A stretch of 64,000 nt of DNA from Marinicella sp. (GTDB lineage Bacteria > Pseudomonadota > Gammaproteobacteria > Xanthomonadales > Marinicellaceae): positions 3,552,001-3,616,000 of the forward strand of contig OZ246001.1 of the NCBI GenBank assembly GCA_965230295.1, read 5' to 3'. The translations under genes were made by a program, and so were the position numbers. Under the pieces are notes generated by a model. That model saw only the letters and a list, made by a program, of their open reading frames with translations. It had not been told where the DNA came from and did no database searches. Shown here in pieces: positions 20,419 to 32,426 of this stretch (the first letter of the stretch is position 1; each line of letters opens with the position of its first letter).

Positions 20419-21498
20419 ATGACTGTATATAATTTTTCTGCAGGGCCTGCTGCATTACCCATGTCTGTGAAACAACAAATTGAAGCCGAGCTCTATGATT
20501 GGAATGGAACAGGTTGTTCAGTGATGGAAGTGTCACACAGAAGCCAGGAATTCAAAGACATGGCTGATGAAAATGAGGCACTGGCCAGAGAATTGCTCAA
20601 TATTTCAGATGATTATTCAGTCATGCTGATCCCCGGAGGTGCCAGGTTGCAGTATTCAATGCTGCCTATCAACATTTCATCACCAACGGGTCAGGCCATC
20701 TATGCGATCAATGGTCATTGGGGTAAGCAAGCGATCAAAGAAGCCGGTCGATTTACCCAAGTCAGCAGCACCGCCCCCATCAGTGAAGAAGTGTATGCAA
20801 ATATCCCCGAATACGATGTCAGTCAGTTGAACCCCAACGCCGATTATTTCCATTACACCAGTAACGAAACTTTAGAAGGCGTCCAATGGCATCACTTGCC
20901 TGAAACCAATGGTGTGCCATTGTGTTGTGACATGACCTCTGACTTGTTAACTCGGAGTTTTGATGTCAGTGACTACGACATGATTTATGCCAGTGCGCAA
21001 AAAAACATGGGCATAGCAGGCATCACTTTTGTGATCATGAAAAGAGCCATGATAGGTCAATCAGAAAACTTGATTCCTACCATGACCGATTATAAAACCT
21101 ATGCAGATACGCGGTCATTTTACAACACACCACCCACTTTTCCCTGGTATGTGATGTTGTTGGTGCTCAGATGGGTTAAAGCCCAGGGTGGTGTCAACGC
21201 CATTCAAAATACCAACCAGATCAAATCAAAGAAGCTCTATGACTTTGTTGATCGAAGTGATTTCTATTTAAATAAAGTGGAGCCATCATGTCGCTCAGAA
21301 GTGAATGTACCTTTTTGGCTGCATGATGAATCATTGAACCAACGGTTTCTTTCTGAATCTTCAGCAGTTGGCTTAAAGGCATTGAAAGGGCACATGGCGG
21401 TAGGTGGTATGAGGGCCAGTATATACAATGCCATTCCTGAGGCTGGTATAGATGCCTTGATTGATTTTATGCAAGAATTCGAGCGCAAAAATGGCTAA
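20419..21498 (+). CDS. serC: Phosphoserine aminotransferase
   Basis: NFSAGPA, SVMEVSHRS, NETLEG, AQKNMG, NTPP, GGMRASIYNA. Confidence 0.97.
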   Translation: MTVYNFSAGPAALPMSVKQQIEAELYDWNGTGCSVMEVSHRSQEFKDMADENEALARELLNISDDYSVMLIPGGARLQYSMLPINISSPTGQAIYAINGHWGKQAIKEAGRFTQVSSTAPISEEVYANIPEYDVSQLNPNADYFHYTSNETLEGVQWHHLPETNGVPLCCDMTSDLLTRSFDVSDYDMIYASAQKNMGIAGITFVIMKRAMIGQSENLIPTMTDYKTYADTRSFYNTPPTFPWYVMLLVLRWVKAQGGVNAIQNTNQIKSKKLYDFVDRSDFYLNKVEPSCRSEVNVPFWLHDESLNQRFLSESSAVGLKALKGHMAVGGMRASIYNAIPEAGIDALIDFMQEFERKNG

Positions 21499-22327
21499 AC
21501 TTGGCAAACTGAATAAATTAATGGTCAAGCATGTATTGACCATGGGAGCCACCTTAGATGGCGGTCACTTGGGTGATGTTTTGTTGCCCAGGAGACACAT
21601 GCCTGATTCTGTCAAAGAAGGCACTGAACTGGAGGTGTTTGTTTACTTGGATACCGACGACAACCCGATTGCCACCACCGAAACACCCAAGTTGATGGTT
21701 GGAGAATGTGCCTATTTGAAAGTTGTTGATGTGAATAAAGTGGGGGCGTTCATGGACTGGGGGTTACCTAAAGATTTGTTGCTACCTTTTGCAGAACAAC
21801 CCAAACCACTCAGGCCTGGCATGTATAAAGTGGTTTATGCATACATAGACAAGGCTTCTAAAAGGATCACTGCTTCTGCTCGACTGGATAAGCATTTGCA
21901 TGAAGAAAATGGGCCGTATAAGCCTGGTCAGGCAGTCAATGTACTTTTTTGTGGTCGCAGTGACCTGGGATACAAAGCCGTGATCAACAACACACATCTG
22001 GGCTTGTTACATCACAGTGATGCACTACATAACATCATGATAGGTCTTAACAAACAGGCTTATATCAAATCGATCAATGCCGATGGCAAGATAAATTTGG
22101 CTTTACACCTACCCAATAAACAACAATTGGGAGAGCTGGCTGAAAAAATCTTGATGGACCTTCAGCAAGGCAGCGGTGTATCTTTTTTAACCGATAAAAG
22201 TTCACCTGATGAAATCAAGCAAAAGTGGCGTGTCAGTAAGGGCAGTTATAAAAAGGCGATTGGTGCACTTTACAAGCAAAAGAAAATAGTTATTTTGAAG
22301 GATAAGATCAAGTTGATTGAGAATTAA
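21491..22327 (+). CDS. cvfB: CvfB-family S1 RNA-binding protein
   Basis: VFVYLD, GAFMDWGLPKDLLLPF, DKSSPDEIK..VSKGSYKKAIGALYK. Confidence 0.88.
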   Translation: MAKLGKLNKLMVKHVLTMGATLDGGHLGDVLLPRRHMPDSVKEGTELEVFVYLDTDDNPIATTETPKLMVGECAYLKVVDVNKVGAFMDWGLPKDLLLPFAEQPKPLRPGMYKVVYAYIDKASKRITASARLDKHLHEENGPYKPGQAVNVLFCGRSDLGYKAVINNTHLGLLHHSDALHNIMIGLNKQAYIKSINADGKINLALHLPNKQQLGELAEKILMDLQQGSGVSFLTDKSSPDEIKQKWRVSKGSYKKAIGALYKQKKIVILKDKIKLIEN

Positions 22328-22472
22328 CGGCTGAAAATTGACTGAAAAACACCAAATCTTTTTTTGCACATCCATTCATAACACAATTTAACAATTCATC
22401 CAAATTATTATGTTATTATGTTTGGTGTGTGTTATTCAACTTTGTGGTTGAAATAATTGTGTTTGGAGAGTT

Positions 22473-25400
22473 TTGAAACTTATGTATAAGTGTGTGTTCA
22501 GAGGTAGGATACTTCTGATTTTGGTGTTACTTTGGATAATTCCTACAGGTTCTATTGCCATCAATTCTGACCAATGGCAAATTGAGCACATTCAAATTGA
22601 TGATGGGTTACCAGATTCTACAGTCTATTCAGTGACTCAAGACAAAACAGGGTTTGTTTGGTTCGGAACCACCAGTGGTTTAGCCAGGTTTGATGGGAAT
22701 TCATTTAAATCCTTTAAACATGATGGGGCTGATCCGTCTTCTATATCTAACAACAATGCCGGTAACATTTTTATTGACTCGCAAAATAGGGTCTGGATTG
22801 GAACTTTTGGAGGTGGCGTAAACTTATTGGACTTGACCACTGGTGACCTAACGCGTTTTCCATACTCTAGCAGCCAATACAAGGTTATGGTATCTGAAAA
22901 TGTGCAAACGTTTTTTGAAGATGAAAGTGGGCATATTTGGATTGGAACTGCTACTGGGCTGTATAGATACGATGGCAAGGATATGATGTATTTTGATGCA
23001 AATCAAAATGGCACGGTTCAATCCAGAGTTTGGGACATCGTAGCTGATGAAGCAGGTATGATTTGGTTAGGTACTTCTGATGGATTAAGTCAACTTAATC
23101 CCAATACGGGCCAATTCAAGCACATTAAATTGCCACCGGAAATGACCATTGACATCACCACAAATCAATTCAGGACCTTGTTATACAAAACCGGCATGTT
23201 ATGGATTGGGTCTTCCAGTGGTTTATTCAGCTATAACATCAAACTGCAATCATTCGAATTTCACTCTCCAAATCAGGAAAGCATCAAAATTAATGACATA
23301 TATAAAACGCCTGATGAAGATATTCTGCTTGCCAGTATGGAAGGGTTGTATTTGTACAATACACAAAAAAACATATTCAAACGTGAAAACAGTGGAGATT
23401 TGTGGCAGCAATTGTCACATGTTGACATCAGAGATATTTATGTCGATCGTTCAGGAATCATGTGGCTGGCAACCCGTGATAACGGTGTCTATAAAATTGA
23501 CTTGGCCGGTGGTTTGTTTCAACACCATACAAATTATTTGCCAGAATCTCAACTTAATGAAAAAGCCAAACAAGTTTGGTCAATCGAGTCAGATCAGGAT
23601 GGAACCATCTATTTGGGTACATCAGAAACAGTGTTTAGACAAAATTCCGAGAATTCATTTCAACGGATTGAAACTGCCGGTTTAGATATGATTCCTGGCT
23701 ACATCAGGGATATTGAAACTTCAGATAAAGCCGGTTTGTGGGTGTCAGGAAGCACTGGTTTGTACTTTTTACCCCGAGACTCAGAAGTTGCCGAACTGAT
23801 TTCCACACCATTTGATTTGGTTGGAATTGAACCCGCTGATGTATTTTCTGTTGAAATTACGGAAGACGGTGAAATGTGGTTGGCTTTGTATAATTTAGGC
23901 ATTTTACGTTGGAACCCGGATAAAGACCAAGCTGAACTTATTCAATCATACAATGCTGGAGCCTTAACAGACTTGAATATCAGTCATATCAAAGAAGACA
24001 GCAGAAAAAATATTTGGATTGGAAGTAATTTGGTTGGCTTGTTCAAATACGATAATAACAGCAAACAAATTATGCTATACAATCATGATTTTAATGACCC
24101 CAAAAGTATCGCATCCAATCGCATTAAAGATGTATTCGAAGACTCACAAGGTCGTTTGTGGATCGCAACCCCCCAAGGCTTGTGTCAATACAGGTACCAA
24201 AGTGATGACTTTCAGCATTTCACCAAATCTGACGGATTGATCAATAACAGTGTTAATTTTGTTCTTGAAGACAGCCAACAAAATTTGTGGCTGGGTAATA
24301 AATTTGGCCTGTCTCAATTCAACCCTGAAAGTGAAGAAATAAAAAACTATTTGCTAAATACTGCGATTCGTCATGATGGCATGATTACCAGATCTTCCAC
24401 GATTGGCAATGATGATGTTATATGGTTAGGTAGTGCTAATGGCTTTTATACATTCAATCCTGCTGATCATGAAAACCTAACAACTTATGAACCTCCACTG
24501 GTTATGACCAGTATAAAAATTGACAACCGTCCATTGAATGCTGCAAATTTGGAGTACAGTCAACAAGAATTGGTTCTGGATCATAGCAATCAATTGGTTT
24601 CTTTTGACTTTACAGTTCTGGATTACAAAACCCCCGAACAGATTCAATACTTATATCGATTGGTCGGCTTACATGAAGACTGGTTGGATGTCAGTAACAC
24701 CAGGCAAATAGTTCTGAAAGAACTCAACCCTGGTAATTATCAGCTTGAAATTAAAGCCAGTAGTAACGATGGAAGTTGGTATGAACAAAAAATGAATTTA
24801 TACCTTTTGGTTCAACCAGTTTGGTGGGAGCGGGGATGGGTTCGTGCGCTTTTTGTTTTAACGGCTTTGATGTTAGCTGTGTTTTTCCATTACTACAGAA
24901 CTTATAAAATCAGGAAGCAAAACTTGTTGCTGGAAAATGAAGTTAATAACCGCACCATTGAGCTGCAAGGTTTGAATGAGCAGCTAGAACTGGCGGCCAA
25001 TTCTGATTACCTCACTGGCTTGCCAAACAGAATGGCTTTCATCAATGCCTATGAAGAGTTGCTTAAGGACCCCAAAGCGGCACCTTTGAACAGTTGTATT
25101 GTGATGGGGGATGTGGACCGTTTTAAAAACATCAATGATCAGTATGGTCATTCTGCTGGCGATGAAATATTGATCCAAGTCAGTGCCATTATGAAAAAAT
25201 TGCTCAGGGCAGAGGATTTGATTGCGCGTTGGGGTGGGGAAGAGTTTATCTTCTACTTTGCCAATAAAGACGCTGATGCAACTTCTGTTTTGATTGAACG
25301 GATTCGCTTGGCCATTGAGACCACCCAAATTCAATACCAGGACCATGAAATTCCGGTCACCATGACATTCGGGATTTGTCAAAGAACCGTCGGTATGAGC

Positions 25401-25490
25401 CTGATAGATTGTATCAACGCAGCTGATGAATCCATGTACCAAGGTAAGGCTTCAGGCAGGAATACGGTGGTTGTTCACGGGGCTACTTAA
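22473..25490 (+). CDS. Membrane diguanylate cyclase with periplasmic beta-propeller (Reg_prop/Y_Y_Y) sensor
   Basis: Repeated D..G..W.GT..GL blades, YRL.G..W..L.PG.Y module, PVWW TM, D.LTGLPNR, D.FK.IND.YGH.AGD, RWGGEEF. Confidence 0.93.
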   Translation: MKLMYKCVFRGRILLILVLLWIIPTGSIAINSDQWQIEHIQIDDGLPDSTVYSVTQDKTGFVWFGTTSGLARFDGNSFKSFKHDGADPSSISNNNAGNIFIDSQNRVWIGTFGGGVNLLDLTTGDLTRFPYSSSQYKVMVSENVQTFFEDESGHIWIGTATGLYRYDGKDMMYFDANQNGTVQSRVWDIVADEAGMIWLGTSDGLSQLNPNTGQFKHIKLPPEMTIDITTNQFRTLLYKTGMLWIGSSSGLFSYNIKLQSFEFHSPNQESIKINDIYKTPDEDILLASMEGLYLYNTQKNIFKRENSGDLWQQLSHVDIRDIYVDRSGIMWLATRDNGVYKIDLAGGLFQHHTNYLPESQLNEKAKQVWSIESDQDGTIYLGTSETVFRQNSENSFQRIETAGLDMIPGYIRDIETSDKAGLWVSGSTGLYFLPRDSEVAELISTPFDLVGIEPADVFSVEITEDGEMWLALYNLGILRWNPDKDQAELIQSYNAGALTDLNISHIKEDSRKNIWIGSNLVGLFKYDNNSKQIMLYNHDFNDPKSIASNRIKDVFEDSQGRLWIATPQGLCQYRYQSDDFQHFTKSDGLINNSVNFVLEDSQQNLWLGNKFGLSQFNPESEEIKNYLLNTAIRHDGMITRSSTIGNDDVIWLGSANGFYTFNPADHENLTTYEPPLVMTSIKIDNRPLNAANLEYSQQELVLDHSNQLVSFDFTVLDYKTPEQIQYLYRLVGLHEDWLDVSNTRQIVLKELNPGNYQLEIKASSNDGSWYEQKMNLYLLVQPVWWERGWVRALFVLTALMLAVFFHYYRTYKIRKQNLLLENEVNNRTIELQGLNEQLELAANSDYLTGLPNRMAFINAYEELLKDPKAAPLNSCIVMGDVDRFKNINDQYGHSAGDEILIQVSAIMKKLLRAEDLIARWGGEEFIFYFANKDADATSVLIERIRLAIETTQIQYQDHEIPVTMTFGICQRTVGMSLIDCINAADESMYQGKASGRNTVVVHGAT

Positions 25491-25543
25491 GGATTGATGC
25501 ATAAGTTTAATGGGTGCATCAATCCATAAGCTCAAGTCTTTAA

Positions 25544-26482
25544 TCACACTTCATCAGATTCATTTTCAAAATCTTCAAATAGGTAGGTGCTTAAATAGCG
25601 TTCCCCCGTGTCTGGCAGCATTGCCAAGATGACTGAACCTGGTTCAGCTTTTTCAGCGGTGACTAAGGCAGCAGCAAAAGTGGCTCCAGAGGATATGCCG
25701 CATAAGATACCTTCTTTAGATGCCAAATCCAGAGATGACTTTTTGGCCTGATGCTCATCGATAGGAATCAAATCATCATAGATGTTTTGGTTCATCACAT
25801 CGGCCACAAAATCAGGTGTCCAACCCTGTAACTTATGAGGTGTCCATTCTTTTCCTGCCAACAGTTGTGCTTCAACAGGTTCTGTGGCTATGATCTTTAT
25901 CTCAGGCCTTGCCAGCTTCAATACTTCACCTGCACCAGTGATGGTGCCACCTGTGCCATAACCACTGACGAAGTAATCCAGTTTTTTCCCGGCAAAATCT
26001 TTTAGAATTTCCGGGCCGGTGGTGGAACGATGAAAAGCAGGGTTGGCTTCGTTTTCAAATTGTCTGGCTAAAAACCACCCTCGTTCTTTGGCCAATTCTT
26101 CGGCTTTGGCCACCATACCAGATCCACGGGCAGCGGCAGGGGTTAACACGACCTTGGCTCCTAAGGCACGCATCAGTTTTCTTCGTTCAATGGAAAAGGT
26201 TTCGCTCATCACGGCAACGAATGGATGCCCTTTGGCAGCACAGACCATGGCCAAAGCAATGCCGGTGTTTCCAGATGTGGCTTCGACCACAGTCTGACCA
26301 GGCGTTAAATGTCCTCTGGCTTCAGCATCCGCAATGATCGCATGAGCCAAGCGATCTTTGACCGATGCCAATGGGTTGAAATATTCTGCTTTGACATACA
26401 TGTCAACATGCTTGGGGGCGATGTTGTTTATTTTTATGATGGGAGTGTTACCAATGGTTTCTAATATGTTGTTGTAAATCAT
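25544..26482 (-). CDS. cysK: Cysteine synthase
   Basis: IGNTP, NPLASVKDR, EATSGNTG, GTGGTITG, GISSGA, PDTGERYLST. Confidence 0.93.
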   Translation of the reverse strand: MIYNNILETIGNTPIIKINNIAPKHVDMYVKAEYFNPLASVKDRLAHAIIADAEARGHLTPGQTVVEATSGNTGIALAMVCAAKGHPFVAVMSETFSIERRKLMRALGAKVVLTPAAARGSGMVAKAEELAKERGWFLARQFENEANPAFHRSTTGPEILKDFAGKKLDYFVSGYGTGGTITGAGEVLKLARPEIKIIATEPVEAQLLAGKEWTPHKLQGWTPDFVADVMNQNIYDDLIPIDEHQAKKSSLDLASKEGILCGISSGATFAAALVTAEKAEPGSVILAMLPDTGERYLSTYLFEDFENESDEV

Positions 26483-26491
26483 GATGATCTC

Positions 26492-27934
26492 TTAGGCTGT
26501 TTTTAAATATTTAATGGTAGTTGCAAACACATTGGACTCATGGGGTTTGAACCAATCCAATTGCTGTGCATACTGTGCCACTGACCCGATCACAATCAGG
26601 GCAGGGGATTTAACTTGATGTTCATTTATCATATCAGGTAATTGATACAAATGTCCTGATAAGGTTCTTTGGTTGTTTCTGGTGCCATTTTCGATGATGG
26701 CCACATATTCATCAGGCGATTTTCCATGTTTGATCAGTTCTGCCACCAATAATTCAGCTTTGATCAAACCCATGTAGACAGCCAAGGTTTGATTTTTCTT
26801 GGCGTAAAACTGCCAATCAATGGTGTCAATAGAATCACTGCAGTGAGCCGTCATGAATGCCAGACTTTGGGCATGATCACGGTGAGTGAGTGGAATGCCT
26901 GCATAGGCAGCACAGCCAACTGCGGCGGTGATACCAGGCACAATTTCAAACTCGATGCCTTGTTTGGCCAAGGCCAAAACTTCTTCACCACCACGCCCAA
27001 AGACAAACGAGTCTCCACCTTTCAAGCGACATACATGTAATCCTTGTTTGGCATATTCAATCAACAGCTGGTTGATGTTTTCTTGTTTGGTTTTGTGGTT
27101 GCCAGCTTGTTTGCCTACATCAATCAAATCTGCATCTTTTCTGATCATCTGAATAATTTCTTTCGAAATTAATTGATCATGCAATACCACATCGGCGGTT
27201 TGTAGGACTTTTATGGCTTTTAATGTCAATAAGTCAGGGTTGCCAGGTCCGGCACCTACCAGTGAAACCAAACCGTTTGTCTGATTCACATGATCAATGA
27301 TCTGATCTATTTGTTGATCTGACGCGTGATTAAACTGTGCACCTATGACTGCAGACGATTTATGAGACCACTGGAAAAACCTCTCCCAGAATCGCCTGCG
27401 GTTATTAAACAAGGGTATTTTTCTCCTGATGAAAGTTCTTAAACGGCGTGCGCTTTCTGCCAATTGCCCTAAATTTTGAGGCAGCAGGTATTCTATTTTC
27501 TGTTTGATGATTCTTGCCAGAACAGGGGCTGAACCTTCACTGCTTATGGCTACGGTCACTGGTGATCTGTCAACTATGGCAGGGGTAATGAAGTCACATA
27601 AATTTTGTTGGTCAACTGTATTGATCCATATGTCATGTCTTTGGGCATACTTAAAAACCCGGGCATTTATTTCAGGATCATCGGTAGCTGAAATAATCAT
27701 CCTGACGCCATCTATGGATTTGATGACACTCAAATCTGATAAATCATGTTTGATGATGGTTATTTTTTGAAGATCTGCCAATTCTTGAATGTCATCTGAA
27801 AAATTCAACGCAATACACACCACTTCAGCCTTAACTTTCAAGAGGCTCTTAATTTTTCTACTGGCAACCGAACCTGCGCCCAGCACGATCACCTGTTTGT
27901 TTTTCAGTTTTATGTTAATGGGTAAATACTGCAT
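26492..27934 (-). CDS. cysG: Siroheme synthase
   Basis: GAGSVASRK, CDFITPAIVDR, LVGAGPGNPDLLT, RLKGGDSFVFGRGGEE, GIPLTHR. Start set at MQYLP. Confidence 0.95.
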   Translation of the reverse strand: MQYLPINIKLKNKQVIVLGAGSVASRKIKSLLKVKAEVVCIALNFSDDIQELADLQKITIIKHDLSDLSVIKSIDGVRMIISATDDPEINARVFKYAQRHDIWINTVDQQNLCDFITPAIVDRSPVTVAISSEGSAPVLARIIKQKIEYLLPQNLGQLAESARRLRTFIRRKIPLFNNRRRFWERFFQWSHKSSAVIGAQFNHASDQQIDQIIDHVNQTNGLVSLVGAGPGNPDLLTLKAIKVLQTADVVLHDQLISKEIIQMIRKDADLIDVGKQAGNHKTKQENINQLLIEYAKQGLHVCRLKGGDSFVFGRGGEEVLALAKQGIEFEIVPGITAAVGCAAYAGIPLTHRDHAQSLAFMTAHCSDSIDTIDWQFYAKKNQTLAVYMGLIKAELLVAELIKHGKSPDEYVAIIENGTRNNQRTLSGHLYQLPDMINEHQVKSPALIVIGSVAQYAQQLDWFKPHESNVFATTIKYLKTA

Positions 27935-28012
27935 GATACATTTTAAATCAGCTAAAGCGCTCAATATACCCATAGCCTGACACATAGCAAAATAGTAAAA
28001 AAGCATGCCCTT

Positions 28013-28044
28013 ATAACAAAAAGTTATCAGACGTTTAGACGTCT
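28013..28044. promoter_or_regulatory. LysR-type box plus two tandem MetJ (Met) boxes in the cysG/cysB divergent promoter
   Basis: ATAAC-N5-GTTAT (28013-28027, contains T-N11-A), then AGACGTTT AGACGTCT (28029-28044; Met-box consensus AGACGTCT). Confidence 0.8.
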
Positions 28045-28111
28045 ATATTGTTAATTTGAAATAAGGCTGCTATGATTCGGTCATATTTAAGTGTTCATAG
28101 CAGAAAACGTC

Positions 28112-29092
28112 ATGAAATTACAACAGCTCAGATTTTTCGTATCGGTTTGTCATTCTGGTTTAAATGTAACCGCTGCTGCCAAACAATTGTACACCTCACA
28201 ACCTGGTGTCAGTCGACAAGTGCGCCTTTTAGAAGATGAATTGGGGTTCAGTTTATTTGTCAGACAAGGGAAATCGTTGGTTGCTTTAACCCATGCCGGG
28301 AAAGAAGTGTTGCGAAGGGCTGAGAATATCTTGAAAGAAGTGGCCAACATCAAGGCCTTCAGCCATGAACTGACCAATGAGGGTAATGGCCAATTAAACA
28401 TTGCCACCACCCATACCCAAGCACGTTACGTTTTACCGCCGGTATTAAAAAAATTACATGAAATATACCCTTCCGTCAAAGTCAATCTATTACAAGGCAC
28501 ATCACAACAAAATTTAAAATCACTGAAAGAAGGAGAAGTGGATTTTGTCATCAGTTCAGGTAACACCCAGGAAGCCAGTGATTTGGTTAAATTGGATTTA
28601 TTTAAATGGCAAAGGAAAATAGTAGTTCCCAAGGGTCATAGATTGGCAAAGAAATCTACCATCAGTTTAAAAGAACTTTCTGAACACCCATTGATTGTTT
28701 ATGTGGGTAATGACAAAGAAAGTTCAAGTTTAGTCCAAGCATTTAAAGCTGCTAACTTGGATTACAAAATTGTGTTCACAGCGAGAGATTCTGACGTGAT
28801 CAAAACCTATGTACGTTCTGGGTTAGGCATTGGCATCATTGCCAGCATGGCTGTTGAAAATAAATTAGATGAAGACCTACATGCCATAGATACCGTTGGC
28901 ATTTTGCCTTTGAGTGCGACTTGGTTGGCATTTAATCCAAGCCTGTTCATCCGAGGTTTTATGCATGAATTTATCCAATTGTTTGCTCCACACGTGAAAA
29001 GAGAACAAGTACAGTCTGCGATAGATAACAAACTCCTGTTGGTGGATCCTCAAAAGAGTGCTCAACCCATTGATTCTGCTTGGCAATGTTAA
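28112..29092 (+). CDS. cysB: LysR-family cysteine regulon activator
   Basis: MKLQQLR, LYTSQPGVSRQVRLLEDELG, IATTHTQARYVLP, DSDVIKTYVRSGLGIGIIASMA. Confidence 0.93.
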   Translation: MKLQQLRFFVSVCHSGLNVTAAAKQLYTSQPGVSRQVRLLEDELGFSLFVRQGKSLVALTHAGKEVLRRAENILKEVANIKAFSHELTNEGNGQLNIATTHTQARYVLPPVLKKLHEIYPSVKVNLLQGTSQQNLKSLKEGEVDFVISSGNTQEASDLVKLDLFKWQRKIVVPKGHRLAKKSTISLKELSEHPLIVYVGNDKESSSLVQAFKAANLDYKIVFTARDSDVIKTYVRSGLGIGIIASMAVENKLDEDLHAIDTVGILPLSATWLAFNPSLFIRGFMHEFIQLFAPHVKREQVQSAIDNKLLLVDPQKSAQPIDSAWQC

Positions 29093-29239
29093 TTGCCTGG
29101 GGCCTGACTGCTGCATACAATTGGTTTTAAATATCCTTGGATCACACACTGTTTCAAACGTTCGTTTAACTTTTCATTGACTTCGTACATAGACTCTGAT
29201 AAAAAAATATAAAAGCCGTTAGAGCTTATGAATAAATAA

Positions 29240-30188
<949 letters not shown>

Positions 30189-30192
<4 letters not shown>

Positions 30193-31151
30193 TGATGAAA
30201 TATAAATATTTGATCAACAGCACAGCGCTGATTTTGATATTCGCATTGGTTGTGATGTATCAATATTATGCTCCTTCAGTAAAAAACAATATCGCATTGC
30301 ACGCTGAAACTGCAGTCAGTCAAGCACACACAACCAAGGGAGTGTTGCACCAAGAACAGTTAAGAAACAAGCAAGCCATACCAGCAGCTTCATTTCAACA
30401 GGTTGCTTCATTACAAGGTACATTACCTGATGGTGCAGTCAATATTGACCACAATGGCGATGTGGTTGCAGATAAAGATTTACATCGAATGTTTGATTAT
30501 TTTCTCAGTGCAACTGGGGAAATGACACAAGATCAAATCAGAAGCAGGTTGTTATCAGTGGCCAGTGATTTTTTGTCATTGGATCAGTTGGAACAGTTAA
30601 GAGATTTGTTTGACCAATATGTAGATTACTTGTCAGCAGCAGAACGCTTTGCTCTTTCACAATCTGATGCTGCTGACATCACAGAACGACTCCACGCCAT
30701 CATTGAGCTGCGTCAAGAAGTTTTGGGACCAGAATTAGCTGCGGCATTCTTTGCTGAAGAAGAGGCCTATGCCAAATATGTCTTGAATGATCATGGGATT
30801 TTGAGTTCAGATGTTGCAGAACAACAAGTGATGAAATGGTTGACTGTCGAAGCAATGGCCACCGAGTTTCATGATGTGTTGATTGAAAATGAATCTTTCA
30901 ATGAACTGCAAATCACTGCAGCAGAACGCATGATTGTCAGGAACGATCGGTATGGTGCCCAAGTGACGCAAAATCTGGCAGCATTGGATGCCAAAAACAG
31001 GGCATGGCAAGACAAGGTCAGTCAATACATCGAATTACGCACTCAATTGGCTGACAACAGTGATATGTTGCATGATCTTGAACTGAGTTATGATGACAGG
31101 GAATTGAAAAGATTGCGAGCTTATTACCAGCAAGCCAAGAACGCTAATTAG
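30189..31151 (+). CDS. Lipase-specific foldase (lipase secretion chaperone)
   Basis: N-terminal TM, SLQGTLPDG, RMFDYFLSATGE, FFAEEEAY, LAALD..WQ; directly follows the lipase. Confidence 0.9.
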
Positions 31152-31298
31152 CAGAGCCGGTGAGGTAGGCGGAGTTCCACATTGCATTTAGAATACAGCT
31201 GTTAAAAGCCTGCAGCTTGGATTAAGTCTGCTCAGAACCTCATCCGATTTTCACCCTGCATCAGTAAAATGAAATGAACTTGATTACTCATATTGCAG

Positions 31299-32426
31299 AT
31301 GACCACCCCTGACAGCAGCATTGAACGGCTTGCCGACAAAGACTTAGACATCAATAATGAATTGATCGCCACTGCTGTGATCAACACCATGGTAGCAGAT
31401 GCCCATGCCATGCCGGTTCATTGGTATTATCAGGTGAACGACATCATGCAGGCATTTCCAAATGGCATCAGACAACTGTATGCTGCGCCTGCCAGGCATC
31501 CCAGTTCAATCATGTCATTACATTCAAAGCGGAAAGGAGGCCGCCATATTGGCGATGAGACTTTACCAGAAGTCGTGGGTTCAGTGATATTGAAAGGCAA
31601 AGCTCGACATTGGGATCAGCGTCAAATCCATTACCACCATGGGATGAAAGCAGGTGAAAATACCCTCAATGCCCACACCATACTGTGGATGCTGCAAGCC
31701 GTGATAGAGCACAACAACCGCTACCATGATTCAATCTTTTTGAAGCGTTATATAGAAAAAATGACTGCAGAAACACCGAGTCATCCAGACACATATGCAG
31801 AATCATACCACCGCGGATTTTTCGCCAATTGGGCACAAGGTAAACCCGCAAGTCAATGTGCGGCTGTGACACACGACACCCCATCTATTGGTGGTTTGGT
31901 CAGGATTGGCCCATTGGTCTTGTTGCTGTTTCATCAGGGCTATGCTTTGAGTGAGGTCAAGTCCATAGCAGCTATACATTTATCATTAACTCATCCGGAT
32001 ATACACTTAAAAGCCATCTGTTTCCAATACATCGATTTGTTGCATGGCTTGCTTATGGCCGACTCAAAGGAGGCCAAGGTCGGTCGCCTATTCAAAACCC
32101 TGTATCAAGTGGCCGGCAAACATTTCAAACACAAAGCACCAGAACTATGGTGTGACAATCAAGTTCTCGGCGGTTTGTATTCGACCGCCTGCTACATCAC
32201 CGATTCCTGGCCCGGGCTCTTATTCCTGGCTGGTAAGTACCCCGAAAACACCCGACAGGCTTTGATCAGTAATGCCGAATTGGGCGGAGATAATGTCCAC
32301 CGTGGCGCTGTTTTGGCCACGATCTTGTCGTTGATCAATGGGCAACGCCTCGATGACTGGTATGACCAACTCAAACTCAAGGGCGAAATTAATCACTGTT
32401 TGAAGCAACTGGGAGTGCTGCAGTGA
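31299..32426 (+). CDS. ADP-ribosylglycohydrolase family protein
   Basis: ADAHAMPVHWYY, GENTLN, DTYAESYHRGFF, THDT, LTH, GGDNVHRGAVL. Confidence 0.82.
   Translation: MTTPDSSIERLADKDLDINNELIATAVINTMVADAHAMPVHWYYQVNDIMQAFPNGIRQLYAAPARHPSSIMSLHSKRKGGRHIGDETLPEVVGSVILKGKARHWDQRQIHYHHGMKAGENTLNAHTILWMLQAVIEHNNRYHDSIFLKRYIEKMTAETPSHPDTYAESYHRGFFANWAQGKPASQCAAVTHDTPSIGGLVRIGPLVLLLFHQGYALSEVKSIAAIHLSLTHPDIHLKAICFQYIDLLHGLLMADSKEAKVGRLFKTLYQVAGKHFKHKAPELWCDNQVLGGLYSTACYITDSWPGLLFLAGKYPENTRQALISNAELGGDNVHRGAVLATILSLINGQRLDDWYDQLKLKGEINHCLKQLGVLQ

Noticed and set aside
31150-31265. Possible structured RNA or riboswitch after the foldase (tgaggt/acctca, ggtga/tcacc)
   Set aside because: Only short scattered complementarities; no recognisable aptamer or terminator.
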